Positions 63,012-64,000 of a stretch of DNA of 64,000 bases are shown here, piece after piece. Made by a program: the position numbers and the translations under genes. Source of the stretch: Oopsacas minuta (lineage: Eukaryota; Animalia; Porifera); contig JAKMXF010000222.1 of the NCBI GenBank assembly GCA_024704765.1, forward strand, positions 1,178,001-1,242,000. The letters run 5' to 3'. Below the pieces are notes generated by a model. It did no database searches, had not been told where the DNA came from, and saw only the letters and a program-made list of their open reading frames with translations. Every line of letters starts with the position of its first letter. Within the stretch, counting starts at the first letter, position 1.

Positions 63012-64000
63012 ATGGGCAACAGTTCAAGAGTTCCTAAGAAGTTAGATGGTCGTGATCTCCTGGCTAACGAGAGAGATATCATCACAGATTCCTTTGAATC
63101 TGAACAAATTTCAAAGTTTTTTGCAGAAAGAGGAGAAAGTCAAGAGGGAAATGATAATTTTCAAAAGCTAACTAAACTACTAGTTTCTCCCATTGGTTCA
63201 TCGCTTCGCTCACTACTCTTCCCCCCTACAAGATCTAACCTATCCCGTGTACTCAATATAGCCGGTACTCTGATAAGAGGATCAGCTGTTGACAGATCCT
63301 CTCTCCTATCCGAGTGGATATTCCTCTATTCACAATATAAACATGATGTAGAGAATATTCTACATTGTTTTGTAAGTGATTTCATACACACTTTGTTTAC
63401 CTGGTCCCGATCAGCTGAGCATCTATTACACATCATAACTCCATTAGGCGAAACAGCTGATTCGTATTCTCTGATCAGAGTTTGGCTTTTCACTCGAGAA
63501 GATGGACAATCTGTGACTAATTATTTTCTCGAAACAGCTGGCATTATTGATAACATGACACCTGTTAGTAAAGACACGTATACAGAAATAATGAAGACTA
63601 TTCTAGAATCTAACCCAGTATTTGATAGAATGTTATCTATATTCAGTATTCTATTCTTCCTCTCTTCTCTCCCTTCTAGTGAATTATTACAGATATTAGG
63701 ACAGACACAAGAACACTCCCATCCTCTCTATGATGTAACCACACCCCTGCTACCTTCAGTTATGCCAAAGCAAACTCCTTTTCAAAGTATGATAGGCCCA
63801 GCATGTATGTCAGTGCTCACTCAATATGTCCCCTCCTTACTCAGGGGTCCTGCTAGACAGCTGTTCTGCAGTCGGAGAGATGGAGAGAGTTTCGCTAAGC
63901 TAACAGAGTGTGTGCTTAAGAAAGGACCTACTATGTTGATTGTAAGGGACACAGATGGTTTCTTGTTTGGTGGATTCGCTAGTCAATCCTGGGAGCTCAA
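63012..64000 (+). CDS. MEAK7: TLDc-domain protein (MEAK7/TLDC1-like), 3' end beyond the window
   Basis: Frame translated by hand is open from ATG 63012 to the window end. N-terminal MGNS (myristoylation-like); TLDc start LFCSRRDGESF..GPTMLIVRDTDGFLFGGFASQSWE. Confidence 0.75.
   Translation, partial: MGNSSRVPKKLDGRDLLANERDIITDSFESEQISKFFAERGESQEGNDNFQKLTKLLVSPIGSSLRSLLFPPTRSNLSRVLNIAGTLIRGSAVDRSSLLSEWIFLYSQYKHDVENILHCFVSDFIHTLFTWSRSAEHLLHIITPLGETADSYSLIRVWLFTREDGQSVTNYFLETAGIIDNMTPVSKDTYTEIMKTILESNPVFDRMLSIFSILFFLSSLPSSELLQILGQTQEHSHPLYDVTTPLLPSVMPKQTPFQSMIGPACMSVLTQYVPSLLRGPARQLFCSRRDGESFAKLTECVLKKGPTMLIVRDTDGFLFGGFASQSWEL

Overview
AT-rich eukaryotic (animal) genomic DNA with GT-AG introns and two very different halves. 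Bases 1 to ~43,500 are a dense, partly nested field of DNA transposons, with no recognisable retroelement: hAT (three types), P/THAP, mariner DD34D (x2), Tc1 DD34E, maT DD37D, DD37E, pogo/Tigger, Chapaev3-like CMC, piggyBac, PIF/Harbinger, Mutator (two types), three copies of a ~916-bp palindromic MITE, a 44-bp hairpin minisatellite, and stranded exons of host-like genes (an LRR/DRC3-like protein, a HECT ligase, an eIF2-alpha kinase). Bases ~44,300 to 64,000 are a compact, intron-poor host block: DNAJC17, ACAT1, FKBP6, an orphan tail-anchored protein, an atypical Rab-like GTPase, an Sp/buttonhead transcription factor, and a TLDc protein (MEAK7-like) that runs off the window. A sponge-like compact genome is plausible but is inference only. 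The strongest unexplained structures are: (1) a 12-kb block bounded by two MITE copies whose inner flanks are the two halves of one Chapaev3 gene in permuted order, rejoining in frame at a single TA; (2) a two-exon piggyBac transposase whose 3.4-kb intron has absorbed other transposons while the exons stay stop-free; (3) a fold-back duplication at the DNAJC17 3' end; (4) several long DNA/RNA hairpins. All family calls come from motif recognition by eye; no database search was run.
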